64,000 nucleotides of DNA, taken from Mobula hypostoma (lineage: Eukaryota). The notes under the pieces were generated by a model, which was not told the origin of the DNA, ran no database searches, and was given only the letters and a program-made list of their open reading frames with translations. The DNA lies in contig NC_086100.1 of assembly GCF_963921235.1 (NCBI RefSeq), positions 200,076,001 to 200,140,000 on the forward strand. Direction: 5' to 3'. Of the stretch, positions 25,907 to 36,662 are shown piece after piece (the first letter of the stretch is position 1; each line of letters opens with the position of its first letter). A program made the translations under genes and the position numbers.

Positions 25907-28900
25907 AATGGTTGGGGGGTGGGAATCAAATTAAAGCGGCTAGGTGTGAGGAGGTTAGTTCACAACAGAGGGATGGGAACCAGTGCAGAGAGACAGAGGG
26001 GTGTAAAGTGAGCGTAGAAGCAAAAAGTACAAAGGGGAAAAGTAAAAGTGGCAGGCCGACAAATCCAGGGCAAGCATTAAAAAGGGCTAAGAGAGTTGTA
26101 AAAGAGCGCCTGAAGGCTTTATGTGTCAATGCAAGGAGCATTCGTAATAAGGTGGATGAATTGAAAGTGCAGATTGTTATTAATGATTATGATATAGTTG
26201 GGATCACAGAGACATGGCTCCAGGGTGACCAGGGATGGGAGCTCAACGTTCAGGGATATTCAATATTCAGGAGGGATAGACACGAAGGAAGGGGAGGTGG
26301 GGTGGCGTTGCTGGTTAAAAAAGAGATTAACGCAATAGAAAGGAAGGACATAAGCCGGGAAGATGTGGAATCGATATGGGTAGAGCTGCGTAACACTAAG
26401 GGGCAGAAGACGCTGGTGGGAGTTGTGTACAGGCCACCTAACAGTAGTAGTGAGGTCGGAGATGGTATTAAACAGGAAATTAGAAATGTGTGCAATAAAG
26501 GAACAGCAGTTATAATGGGTGACTTCAATCTACATGTAGACTGGGTGAACCAAATTGGTAAAGGTGCTGAGGAAGAGGATTTCTTGGAATGTATGCGGGA
26601 TGGTTTTTTGAACCAACATGTCGAGGAACCGACTAGAGAGCAGGCTATTCTGGACTGGGTTTTGAGCAATGAGGAAGGGTTAATTAGCGATCTTGTCGTG
26701 AGAGGCCCCTTGGGTAAGAGTGACCATAATATGGTGGAATTCTTCATTAACATGGAGAGTGACGTAGTTAATTCAGAAACAAAGGTTCTGAACTTAAAGA
26801 GGGGTAACTTTGAAGGTATGAGACATGAATTAGCTAAGATAGACTGGCAAATGACACTTCAAGGATTGACGGTGGATATGCAATGGCAGGCATTTAAAGG
26901 TTGCATGGATGAACTACAACAATTGTTCATCCCAGTTTGGCAAAAGAATAAATCAAGGAAGGTAGTGCACCCGTGGCTGACAAGAGAAATTAGGGATAGT
27001 ATCAATTCCAAAGAAGTAGCATACAAAGTAGCCAGAGAAAGTGGCTCACCTGAGGACTGGGAGAAATTCAGAGTTCAACAGAGGAGGACAAAGGGCTTAA
27101 TTAGGAAGGGGAAAAAAGATTATGAGAGAAAACTGGCAGAGAACATAAAAACGGACTGTAAAAGCTTTTATAGATATGTAAAAAGGAAAAGACTGATAAA
27201 GACAAATGTAGGTCCCCTGCAAACAGAAACAGGTGAATTGATTATGGGGAGCAAGGACATGGCAGACCAATTGAATAATTACTTTGGTTCTGTCTTCACT
27301 AAGGAGGACATAAATAATCTTCCAGAAATAGTAAGGGACAGAGGGTCCAGTGAGATGGAGGAACTGAGCGAAATACATGTTAGTAGGGAAGTGGTGTTAG
27401 GTAAATTGAAGGGATTGAAGGCAGATAAATCCCCAGGGCCAGATGGTCTGCATCCCAGAGTGCTTAAGGAAGTGGCCCAAGAAATAGTGGATGCATTAGT
27501 GATAATTTTTCAAAACTCGTTAGATTCTGGACTAGTTCCTGAGGATTGGAGGGTGGCTAATGTAACCCCACTTTTTAAAAAAGGAGGGAGAGAGAAACCG
27601 GGGAATTATAGGCCGGTTAGCCTAACGTCGGTGGTGGGGAAACTGCTGGAGTCAGTTATCAAGGATGTGATAACAGCACATTTGGAAAGCGGTGAAATGA
27701 TCGGACAAAGTCAGCATGGATTTGTGAAAGGAAAATCATGTCTGACGAATCTCATAGAATTTTTTGAGGATGTAACTAGTAGAGTGGATAGGGGAGAACC
27801 AGTGGATGTGGTATATTTGGATTTTCAAAAGGCTTTTGACAAGGTCCCACATAGGAGATTAGTGTGCAAACTTAAAGCACACGGTATTGGGGGTAAGGTA
27901 TTGGTGTGGGTGGAGAATTGGTTAGCAGACAGGAAGCAAAGAGTGGGAATAAACGGGACCTTTTCAGAATGGCAGGCGGTGACTAGTGGGGTACCGCAAG
28001 GCTCAGTGCTGGGACCCCAGTTGTTTACAATATATATTAATGACTTGGATGAGGGAATTAAATGCAGCATCTCCAAGTTTGCGGATGACACGAAGCTGGG
28101 TGGCAGTGTTAGCAGTGAGGAGGATGCTAAGAGGATGCAGGGTGACTTGGATAGGTTGGGTGAGTGGGCAAACTCATGGCAGATGCAATTTAATGTGGAT
28201 AAATGTGAAGTTATTCACTTTGGTGGCAAAAATAGGAAAACAGATTATTATCTGAATGGTGGCCGATTAGGAAAAGGGGAGGTGCAACGAGACCTGGGTG
28301 TCATTATACACCAGTCATTGAAAGTGGGCATGCAGGTACAGCAGGCAGTGAAAAAGGCGAACGGTATGCTGGCATTTATAGCGAGAGGATTCGAGTACAG
28401 GAGCAGGGAGGTACTACTGCAGTTGTACAAGGCCTTGGTGAGACCACACCTGGAGTATTGTGTGCAGTTTTGGTCCCCTAATCTGAGGAAAGACATCTTT
28501 GCCATAGAGGGAGTACAAAGAAGGTTCACCAGATTGATTCCTGGGACGGCAGGTCTTTCATATGAAGAAAGACTGGATGAACTGGGCTTGTACTCGTTGG
28601 AATTTAGAAGATTGAGGGGGGATCTGATTGAAACGTATAAGATCCTAAAGGGATTGGACAGGCTAGATGCGGGAAGATTGTTCCCGATGTTGGGGAGGTC
28701 TAGAACGAGGGGTCACAGTTTGAGGATAGAGGGGAAGCCTTTTAGGACCGAGGTTAGGAAAAACTTCTTCACACAGAGAGTGGTGAATCTGTGGAATTCT
28801 CTGCCACAGCAAACTGTTGAGGCCAGTTCATTAGCTATGTTTAAAAGGAAGTTAGATATGGCCCTTGTGGCTACAGGGGTCAGGGGGTATGGAGGGAAGG

Positions 28901-28911
28901 CTGGGTTCTGA
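25897..28911 (+). CDS. CR1 ORF2, apurinic-type endonuclease plus reverse transcriptase, intact, with no in-frame AUG before the endonuclease
   Basis: Motifs NARS, ITETWL, VYRPP, GDFN, SDH, YLDFQKAFD, VPQGSVLGP and FADD. The frame is open from 25891, in the -1 frame relative to ORF1. Confidence 0.93.
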   Translation, partial: FKLEWLGGGNQIKAARCEEVSSQQRDGNQCRETEGCKVSVEAKSTKGKSKSGRPTNPGQALKRAKRVVKERLKALCVNARSIRNKVDELKVQIVINDYDIVGITETWLQGDQGWELNVQGYSIFRRDRHEGRGGGVALLVKKEINAIERKDISREDVESIWVELRNTKGQKTLVGVVYRPPNSSSEVGDGIKQEIRNVCNKGTAVIMGDFNLHVDWVNQIGKGAEEEDFLECMRDGFLNQHVEEPTREQAILDWVLSNEEGLISDLVVRGPLGKSDHNMVEFFINMESDVVNSETKVLNLKRGNFEGMRHELAKIDWQMTLQGLTVDMQWQAFKGCMDELQQLFIPVWQKNKSRKVVHPWLTREIRDSINSKEVAYKVARESGSPEDWEKFRVQQRRTKGLIRKGKKDYERKLAENIKTDCKSFYRYVKRKRLIKTNVGPLQTETGELIMGSKDMADQLNNYFGSVFTKEDINNLPEIVRDRGSSEMEELSEIHVSREVVLGKLKGLKADKSPGPDGLHPRVLKEVAQEIVDALVIIFQNSLDSGLVPEDWRVANVTPLFKKGGREKPGNYRPVSLTSVVGKLLESVIKDVITAHLESGEMIGQSQHGFVKGKSCLTNLIEFFEDVTSRVDRGEPVDVVYLDFQKAFDKVPHRRLVCKLKAHGIGGKVLVWVENWLADRKQRVGINGTFSEWQAVTSGVPQGSVLGPQLFTIYINDLDEGIKCSISKFADDTKLGGSVSSEEDAKRMQGDLDRLGEWANSWQMQFNVDKCEVIHFGGKNRKTDYYLNGGRLGKGEVQRDLGVIIHQSLKVGMQVQQAVKKANGMLAFIARGFEYRSREVLLQLYKALVRPHLEYCVQFWSPNLRKDIFAIEGVQRRFTRLIPGTAGLSYEERLDELGLYSLEFRRLRGDLIETYKILKGLDRLDAGRLFPMLGRSRTRGHSLRIEGKPFRTEVRKNFFTQRVVNLWNSLPQQTVEASSLAMFKRKLDMALVATGVRGYGGKAGF

Positions 28912-28944
28912 GTTGGATGATCAGCCATGATCATAATAAATGGC

Positions 28945-29015
28945 GGTGCAGGCTCGAAGGGCCGAATGGCCTACTCCTGCACCTATTTTCTATGTTTCTA
29001 TGTTTCTATGTTTCT
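28945..29015 (+). other. CR1 3' stem-loop and 8-bp microsatellite tail
   Basis: GGTGCAGG-ctcgaagggccgaatggcctact-CCTGCACC inverted repeat followed by TTTCTATG repeats. Also present at about 22303-22368 and, on the minus strand, at 36566-36629. Confidence 0.85.
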
Positions 29016-29840
29016 ATTCCAGGCATTGTGGGTGAACCTGAGACAGTGTGGGTTCATTTTCAGTTTTTCTTTGGATTATATCTGTCGTATTAGGGAGACT
29101 TTTAATTTGCATTAGGGAGAATATGTCAAGAGCAGTGGCTTTTTCAGTAAATTTTTCCGATACTTCCTTATCCAAGGGTAAATGGGACAATCCATCAGCA
29201 TTTCCATGACTGGTCATCCTCTTGAATTCAGTCCTGTAATTGTGTCCTCCAAGAAACTGAGCCCATCTCCGAATTTGTGCTGCTGCTGTCAGTGAAACAC
29301 CCTTCTGTGGATTGAAAATGGACACTCGTGGTTGATGATCAGTAACGAGGGTAAATTCTCTCCCATACAAGTACAGGTTGAAATGTTTTACACCCCAAAC
29401 CAGACTCAAGGCCTCTCTGTCAATCTGTGTGTAATTTTCCTGTGCAGCGGTAAAGGAACATATGCAAAGGCTATTTGTCATTCATGTCCATCGCTCATAG
29501 TATGTGATATGAATGTACCTATAAATAAGACAAGGTGTTAAAGACAAGCTTCACTGGACGATGTGGATTATAATGTGTTAGTACAGTGTCTGAGCTCACC
29601 ATTTCCTTTACCTTTTTGAAAGCCATCTCACACTGCCTTGTCCATTGCCATTTCTTCCTGATCTGCAGTAATGAGTTCATTGGGTGGAGCTCAGTAGCCA
29701 GATTTGGCAGGAACCTGTGATAACAGTTGACAAATCCTAAAAAAGACTGCAACTGTGAGATATCCTTTGGCCTTGGGGCATCTACCACTGCTTGAATTTT
29801 CTCAGCACACTTGTGTAAATCCTTGTGCATCAATAATGTG
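29016..29840 (-). mobile_element. Ty3/Gypsy pol fragment (RT connection and RNase H), decayed
   Basis: LQSFLGFVNCYHRFLPNLA; NYTQIDREALSLVWGVKHFNLYLYGREFTLVTDHQP; NADGLS. Confidence 0.85.
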
Positions 29841-29955
29841 ATAGAAAAGGCGTGTCAGAAAGGCAATGTCATGATAATCTTTGGGGATTTTAACATGAAA
29901 GTGAATTGGGAGAATCAGGCCAGTACTGGACCTCAAAAGAGAGAAAATTTGTACA

Positions 29956-32900
29956 GGAGACTTCCGGTGGTGCTCACAGAGTAAGGTCGTGTTCTAGATC
30001 CGCTCCATTATCTCTGATCCTTATCCTATGACCAGCTACATTTAGCTAACTTTTAAAGCACTGACCTTTACAATACCTTGAAGTGGATTGTCATTATATA
30101 TTTGGTTGTTCTTAAGGTCCGGTATGTCTAAGAACGGGAAAAACGGCAAACCTCCTGTCAGACCGAAAGCTACCGACCCCCTCCGGTTGAATCGGCGGTA
30201 AGCTATATTGGATTTGATTCGTGCGGGGATTTCATCGAAACTGGAGAGAATCATCGATGAAATTGATAATATGAAAACAACTATCACTGAACATAGACTG
30301 CTATATCTAATCTCCAAGTTCATACGCAACAGAATGAACTCAAAATCGGAAAAATTGAAGAAACAATTACTACAATGAAGAAAAAACTTGAATTCCTTAC
30401 CTTTAAAAATTCTGATTTAGAATGCAGAATGCATCGTCAAAATATAAGAATTATTGGACTCAGGGAATCTGCCAAATCTGAAGACCCTGTTCAGTTCTTC
30501 TCTCAACTTTTAAAAGATTCATTTCCCACCGTGTTTCCTGATCAACCACCACTATTGGATAGGGCTCACAGAGTCCCATTATACCTGTCTAAGTCAGACA
30601 AACCGCGGCATGTTATTTTACGATTTCATTATTTTCAAGTGAAGGAAAAGTTGCTTCGTTTTGCTCGACCTAAAGGCTACATTGATTTCTCGGATCTCCG
30701 TTTTCGATTGGTGGAGGAATTTAGCAAACAGGTTCATGACCAACGTGTTCGTTACAGATCTGTGATGGCGGAATTCTACAAGATGGACTTAAAACCGGTG
30801 CTGCTATATCCCGCACATTTGAGGATCCGATTGTCTGATCGGTCTTCCCGTTTTTTCGACTCTCCATCAGAAGCCCAGAGTTACCAGGATGAACATTCGA
30901 CTTCAACATCCTAATCGCACTGTTAAATCATCAGTGCCTGATTGGAGGCTGTTAATCCGTTGGGTTTTAATGTCTTTTTTTTCTCTATCTGAGGGCAGAA
31001 ATGTTTTTTTTTGTTTAATAAATATGGTTGCCGAATTCTTTTTTTAACTGCGTCATTCCTTCTTCTTCCCTGGGGATTCTGGGTGGCCACTCCCACAGCA
31101 TCATTTTTCACACATACCTGGAGGCCTTAAACTTCGTAACTTTTCCCCTAGTCTATGCAGATATTTCTTTTCCTTTCCTAATTATAAGGTTTGCTTTATG
31201 TCAACGGTTTTTTTATATATATATATATATCTATTTTTTCTTTGTATTATATCGGTTTTGTTTTGATTTTTTCACTTTTCTACTGTTTTACAACTTTAGC
31301 TGATCTTTTTATATATTCATTTTTTTATTGAGCGTCTATCGGAAGTCATGGGGATAGACTTAGTGCTTGCTTCTATCTGGCTAGTCTATTTTAGATTTAG
31401 CTTTCAGCTTTTGGGATGGAGTGGTGGGGGAGTTTCACTTTTTAGTTTTTTTTTCTTCTTGGGCTACGCATATATTATTGAAGTATTTTTCGCGTCCTCT
31501 CTCTTGGTATCTAATGTTTGCTCTGTTCCCTTTCCGGGTTCGTGGGTTGAACCTATTGTCAATCCTCCCTTTATTTGAGGATTGACTTTAGGGGTTATGG
31601 ATTCTACTATTAATTTTGTCTCTTGGAATACTAATGGTCTCAATCATCCAATTAAAAGGAAAAAAATTTTCAAAGTATTCCACAGACTTAAAGCACATAT
31701 TCTATTTTTACAAGAGACCCATGTGCAGAAGGGGGACAGATTACGTTTTTTTTAAGTTCTGGAAGGATTAACAATATCATTCGAATTCCAATGCCAAAAT
31801 TCGAGGAGTTTCTATTTTTATAGATCCTTCAATTACATTTGTCCAACAGGATATTATCTCTGATCCAAATGGCAGATTATTATTGGTTAGTGGTTTACTC
31901 TTTAATAAAAAGTTGGTTCTGGTTAACGTTTATGCTCCAAACTCGGACTGTCCGGAATTTTATAAATCGTTATTTAACTTGTTCCCGAATTTGATCTTAA
32001 AACCTGTTTATCCCCATTATTGGACCGCTCGGCCCCTATACGGACACTACCCAAAAAATCTGCAACCTTGACTAATTCATTTCCCTCAGATTCGCGGTCA
32101 ATGGATATTTGGCGGTTTCTACATCCCCAGGAAAAAGACTTCTCTTTTTTTTCACAAGATCATCACTCTTACTCAAGAATTGATTATTTTTTTATTGACT
32201 CTCGCCTTATTTCTTCAGTAGTTAAGTGTGAATATGACACTATAGCCATTTCGGACCATGCTCCATTTAAGCTTTCTATTAAATTATTGGCCAGTGCGCA
32301 AAATAATAGACAATGGCGTTTTAATCCACTGTTGTTTCAGGACTTGGATTTTGTTAACTTTTTGAATGAACAGATTGATCTTTTTTTTACAATTAACAGT
32401 ACAGACGAACACCCTTTGGGATACTTTTAAAGCTTATATTCATGGCCAGATCATTTCGTACTCTGCTGCGTTGAGGAAAAGGTTAAAGGAAGAGCTTGCT
32501 CTTGTGGTCAAGATTAAGGAAATAGATTACAAATATGCTACAGCTCCATCTGAGAAGCTGTATAAACAAAGAACTGAACTTCAAGTGGAATACAGTTTAT
32601 TACTTTCGTCCTGTATTGCAAATCAATTAATGAAGACAAGAAGTGAATTTTATATACATAGTGACAAAGTTGGTAAACTGTTGGCTAATGAATTGGATAC
32701 TAATTCCATTAAATTTCAAATTAATCAGATTTATAATCAAAAAGATCAACTGACGTTTGATCAAGCTGAGATTAATCAATCCTTTTTTGATTTTTATTCC
32801 TCTTTATATCAATCAGAATCTCCACGAGATTCTAAACATATGTGTGACTTTTTAGATAACCTAGACTTCCCTAACATTACACACCATATATCTTCTATGT

Positions 32901-35900
32901 TAGAAACTTCCTTCACTACTGATGAGATTAAGAATGTTATTTTTTCTATGAACTCGGGGAAAGCTCCTGGCCCTGATGGGTTTACTGTGGAACTTTTAAA
33001 ATCTTTTGCACCCTCATTAGTCCCCTGGTTATCCAGGGTTCTGGAGGGCTCATTAAAACTTGATAAACTACCAGAATCCTTTTATAGAGCATCGATCTCT
33101 TTAATATTAAAGAAGGATAAAGACCCCGCTCAATGTGCATCTTATAGACTAATATCCTTGTTAAATGTTGACTCTAAGATATTTTCTAAATTATTCAGCA
33201 AATAGACTAGAAAAAACACTTCCTTATATTATTTCGGAAGACCAAATGGGTTTTATTAAGAATCGCTACTCTTTTTATAATATTCGTACACTTTTAAATA
33301 TTGTCTATACCCCGTCACAAAACGATCCTGAATGCATCATTTCCCTAGACACTGAAAAAGCCTTTGATAGGGTCGAATGACCCGACTTATTTAAGGTGCT
33401 TGAAATGTTTAACTTCAGCCTGAAATTTATATCCTGGATCAAATTGTTATACCATTCTCCTATGGCCTCAGTTCGAACTAACACTCTAAATTTACCTTTT
33501 TTTCCTCTTTTTTGAGGTACCAGATAAGGGTGTCCTCTTAGCCCTTTATTATTTGATACAGCATTAGAACCTCTTGCAATTGCTGTTCGAGAATCTCCTA
33601 ACATTATTGGTATAACTCGTGGATTAAAGTCTCATTAAGTATCACTTTATGCTGATGACTTCTATATATTTCTAATCCTCAAAAATCTATTCCAGCAGCT
33701 TTAGATTTATTAGCATAATTTAGTCTTTTTTCAGGATACAAATTAAATCTTAATAAGAGTGAACTTTTCCCTATTGATAAGCAAGTTCCCTTATATCAGA
33801 ACCTGCCATTTAGATTGGTTAATAATCATTTTTCATATCTTGGGATTAAAATTACCTGTAAGCATCATTTCCCTAGACACTGAAAAAGCCTTTGATAGGG
33901 TCGAATGACCCGACTTATTTAAGGTGCTTGAAATGTTTAACTTCAGCCTGAAATTTATATCCTGGATCAAATTGTTATTAGAGTGTTATTTAGAGTGTTA
34001 GTTCGAACTGAGGCCATAGGAGAATGGTATAACAATTTGATCCAGGATATAAATTTCAGGCTGAAGTTAAACATTTCAAGCACCTTAAATAAGTCGGGTC
34101 ATTCGACCCTATCAAAGGCTTTTTCAGTGTCTAGGGAAATGATGCATAAGGATTTATTTAAGACTAATTTCTTACCCTTAATTGACCACATTACACAACT
34201 TTCCTTTAAATGGTCTCCATTTTATTTAACTTTGACCAGTCGTATTAATGCTGTTAAGATGTTTATTCTGCCAAAATTTTCGTATATATTTCAGGCATTA
34301 CCGATTTTTTTCTAAAATCCTTTTTTGATAAAGTAGACTCTAAAATCTCTTCATTTATTTGGCAAAATAAAAACCCGAGGTTGGGTAGAATACATCTACA
34401 GAAAGCTGAGAGAGATGGAGGCTTGGCATTACCTAACTTTAGATTTTATTATTGGGCAATTAATATTCAACACATGAAATTTTGGTTTCTTGACCAAGAT
34501 ATACTATCCATTCCTAAATGGGTAGTATTGGAATTACATTCTGTTCAAGGCTATGCACTTGGCTCTATATTAGGATCTTCTCTTCCTTCTGATTTGAAAC
34601 ACTATAAGCAGGTTTGCAAACCGATAGTTAAACATACCTTACGTATCTGGTTTCAATTCCGAAAATTTTTCTATCTTAATCAATTTGTGCTAGCGATTCC
34701 TATTATTGGCAATATATTTTTTCTCCCCTCTTCTACGGACCGTGCCTTTCAAATTTGGAAGACTAATGGTATATCACAGTTTTTGGACTTATTTTCAGAT
34801 GGTTCCCTTATGTCTTTTGAACAGTTATCTAACAAATACAATTTATCAAGAACACATTTTTTTAGATATTTGCAAGTTAGAAATTTCCTAAATACCATAC
34901 TTCCTTCCCTTCCGGCATTACTCCCTACAAATGTTTTAGATGCTATCATCAACCTCAACCCGTGTCAGAAAGGTGTAACGGCTGTTACTTATAACACTAT
35001 CATGAAACTTAGGATAGCTCCATTCGATAAGATTAGGACTGAAGGGGAAAAGGAATTGGGCTTTACTATCCCGGTGGATGACTGAGCTCATATTTTACAA
35101 CTTGTCAATACTTCCTCTATCTGATCCAAACACTCCTTAATTCAATTTAAAATTGTCCATAAAGCACACATGTCTAAAGATAAATTAGCTTGTTTTTATT
35201 CTTATATTAACCCTCTTTGTGATAGATGTCATGGGGAGATAACTTCCTTGACCCATGTGCTTTGGTCTTGTCCTACTCTGGAAACTTTTTGGAAAGACAT
35301 TTTTAATATTATTTTAAAGGTTTTGAGTAGTGATATTTCTCCCCATCCTATTACTGCTATCTTTGGATTAGCTAAAACTTCTAGTAATTTATCCCCCTCA
35401 GCGCGTAGAATGATTGCATTTTTTACTTTAATGGCGAAAAGGTGTATTTTACAACATTGGAAGGAGACTAACGCCCCAACTACGTTTTTTTGGTTCTCTC
35501 AAACGAGACTGTGTCTAAATTTGGAAAAAATCTGAAGTAATCTTTATGATACTTCAGTTAAATTTGAACAGACCTAGAGATCTTTTATTCAATATTTTCA
35601 TTTAATGTAACTATTTTTTTTCTCTCTGATCATATATACACTCCCTTCGTGGATTTTATCTGTTATTAGTAGAGGTCGGGTTTGAGGACGTGATTGTTTA
35701 ATCTGTTTAAGTCTACTATTTACCTAGTTAGCCCATTGCTTTGCTTTGTAGTTTAGTGGCACGGTAGTGTTTTTTTGGGGTTTTTTTGGGTTTTTTTTCT
35801 CCTTTATCGTTTTACATGGAAAACTAGTATACAATTATATTACCTTTTTATTTTATAATTAACCTATGTTGTTTGCATTGTTTTTTTGTATTAATATTTC

Positions 35901-35991
35901 TTGTATATCTATATCGTAACAATGTATTGGTTGCTCTATGTTTTACCTCGTGTATACAGTACTAATTCAATAAAAAGACTTAAAAATAAAA
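29956..35991 (+). mobile_element. Full-length decayed L1-clade LINE
   Basis: 5' end GGAGACTTCCGGT. ORF1 at about 30120-30914 (LECRMHRQNIRIIGL...LDRAHRV...PRHVILRF). ORF2 from ATG 31597 (INFVSWNTNGL, QETH, YSRIDYFF, SDHAP, KAPGPDG, DTEKAFDRV, YADD, C-terminal CDRC...H...C). AATAAA and an A-rich tail at about 35969-35991. Many stops and frameshifts. Confidence 0.92.
33862..34147. repeat. Templated fold-back insertion in L1 ORF2 (about 117-bp inverted repeat)
   Basis: 33862-33978 is a direct copy of 33334-33450. About 33988-34147 is the reverse complement of about 33332-33491. Confidence 0.92.
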
Positions 35992-35994
35992 AGA

Positions 35995-36565
35995 GTCTCT
36001 AATGTTTCTGCTTCTAGCACCACCCCAGGCAGCACATTCCAGTCAGCCACCACTCTGTGTAAAAACCTTGCCCTCCACATCGCCCTTGAAATCAACCCCT
36101 CTCACCTTAAATCATGTCCACTGGTATTAGGTATTTTTCAATTCTGGGAAAAAGATACCGTCTGTCTACTCGATCTATGCCTCTCACCATCTAATAAACC
36201 TCTATCAGATCTCCCCTCAGCCTCCGGCTCTCTGGAGAAAACAACTCTGAGTTTGTCCAGCCTCTTGTTACACCACAGGCTCTCTAATCCAGGCAGCTTC
36301 CTGGTAAACCTCTTCTGTGCCCTCTCCAGAGCCTTGACATTCTTTCTATAATGGGGCGATCAGAACTGTTTGCAATACTCCAGTTGTGGCCTAACCAGAG
36401 ATTTATAAAGTTGCAACATGCCTTTATGACTTTTGAACTCAATGCTTTGATTAATGAAGACAAGCATGCCATAAGACTTATTAACCACTCTATCAACGTG
36501 TGTAGCCACTTTCAGGAAGCTTTGAACTTGGACTCCAAGATCCCTCTGCTGGTCAACACTGTTAA
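35995..36565 (-). mobile_element. Older CR1 fragment, host of the young minus-strand CR1; resumes at about 40706-40830
   Basis: Minus ORF reads QRDLGVQVQSFLKVATHVDRVVNKSYGML...RPQLEYC. TTAA is present at both junctions (36562-36565 and 40706-40709). Confidence 0.75.
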
Positions 36566-36662
36566 TAGAAACATAGAAACATAGAAAATAGGTGCAGGAG
36601 TAGGCCATTCGGCCCTTCGAGCCTGCACCGCCATTTATTATGATCATGGCTGATCATCCAAC

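Larger units (their letters stand above)
24658..29015 (+). mobile_element. Full-length or near full-length young CR1 LINE
   Basis: Comprises a CpG-rich 5' UTR, ORF1 (Zn-finger, coiled coil, SGNH esterase), a 999-codon ORF2 (APE + RT), the 3' hairpin GGTGCAGG...CCTGCACC and an 8-bp (TTCTATGT)n tail. The 5' edge is approximate. Confidence 0.95.

Noticed and set aside
26250..28934. Antisense ORFs conserved between CR1 copies
   Set aside because: The conservation simply reflects near-identity of the copies, and no recognisable domains are present.
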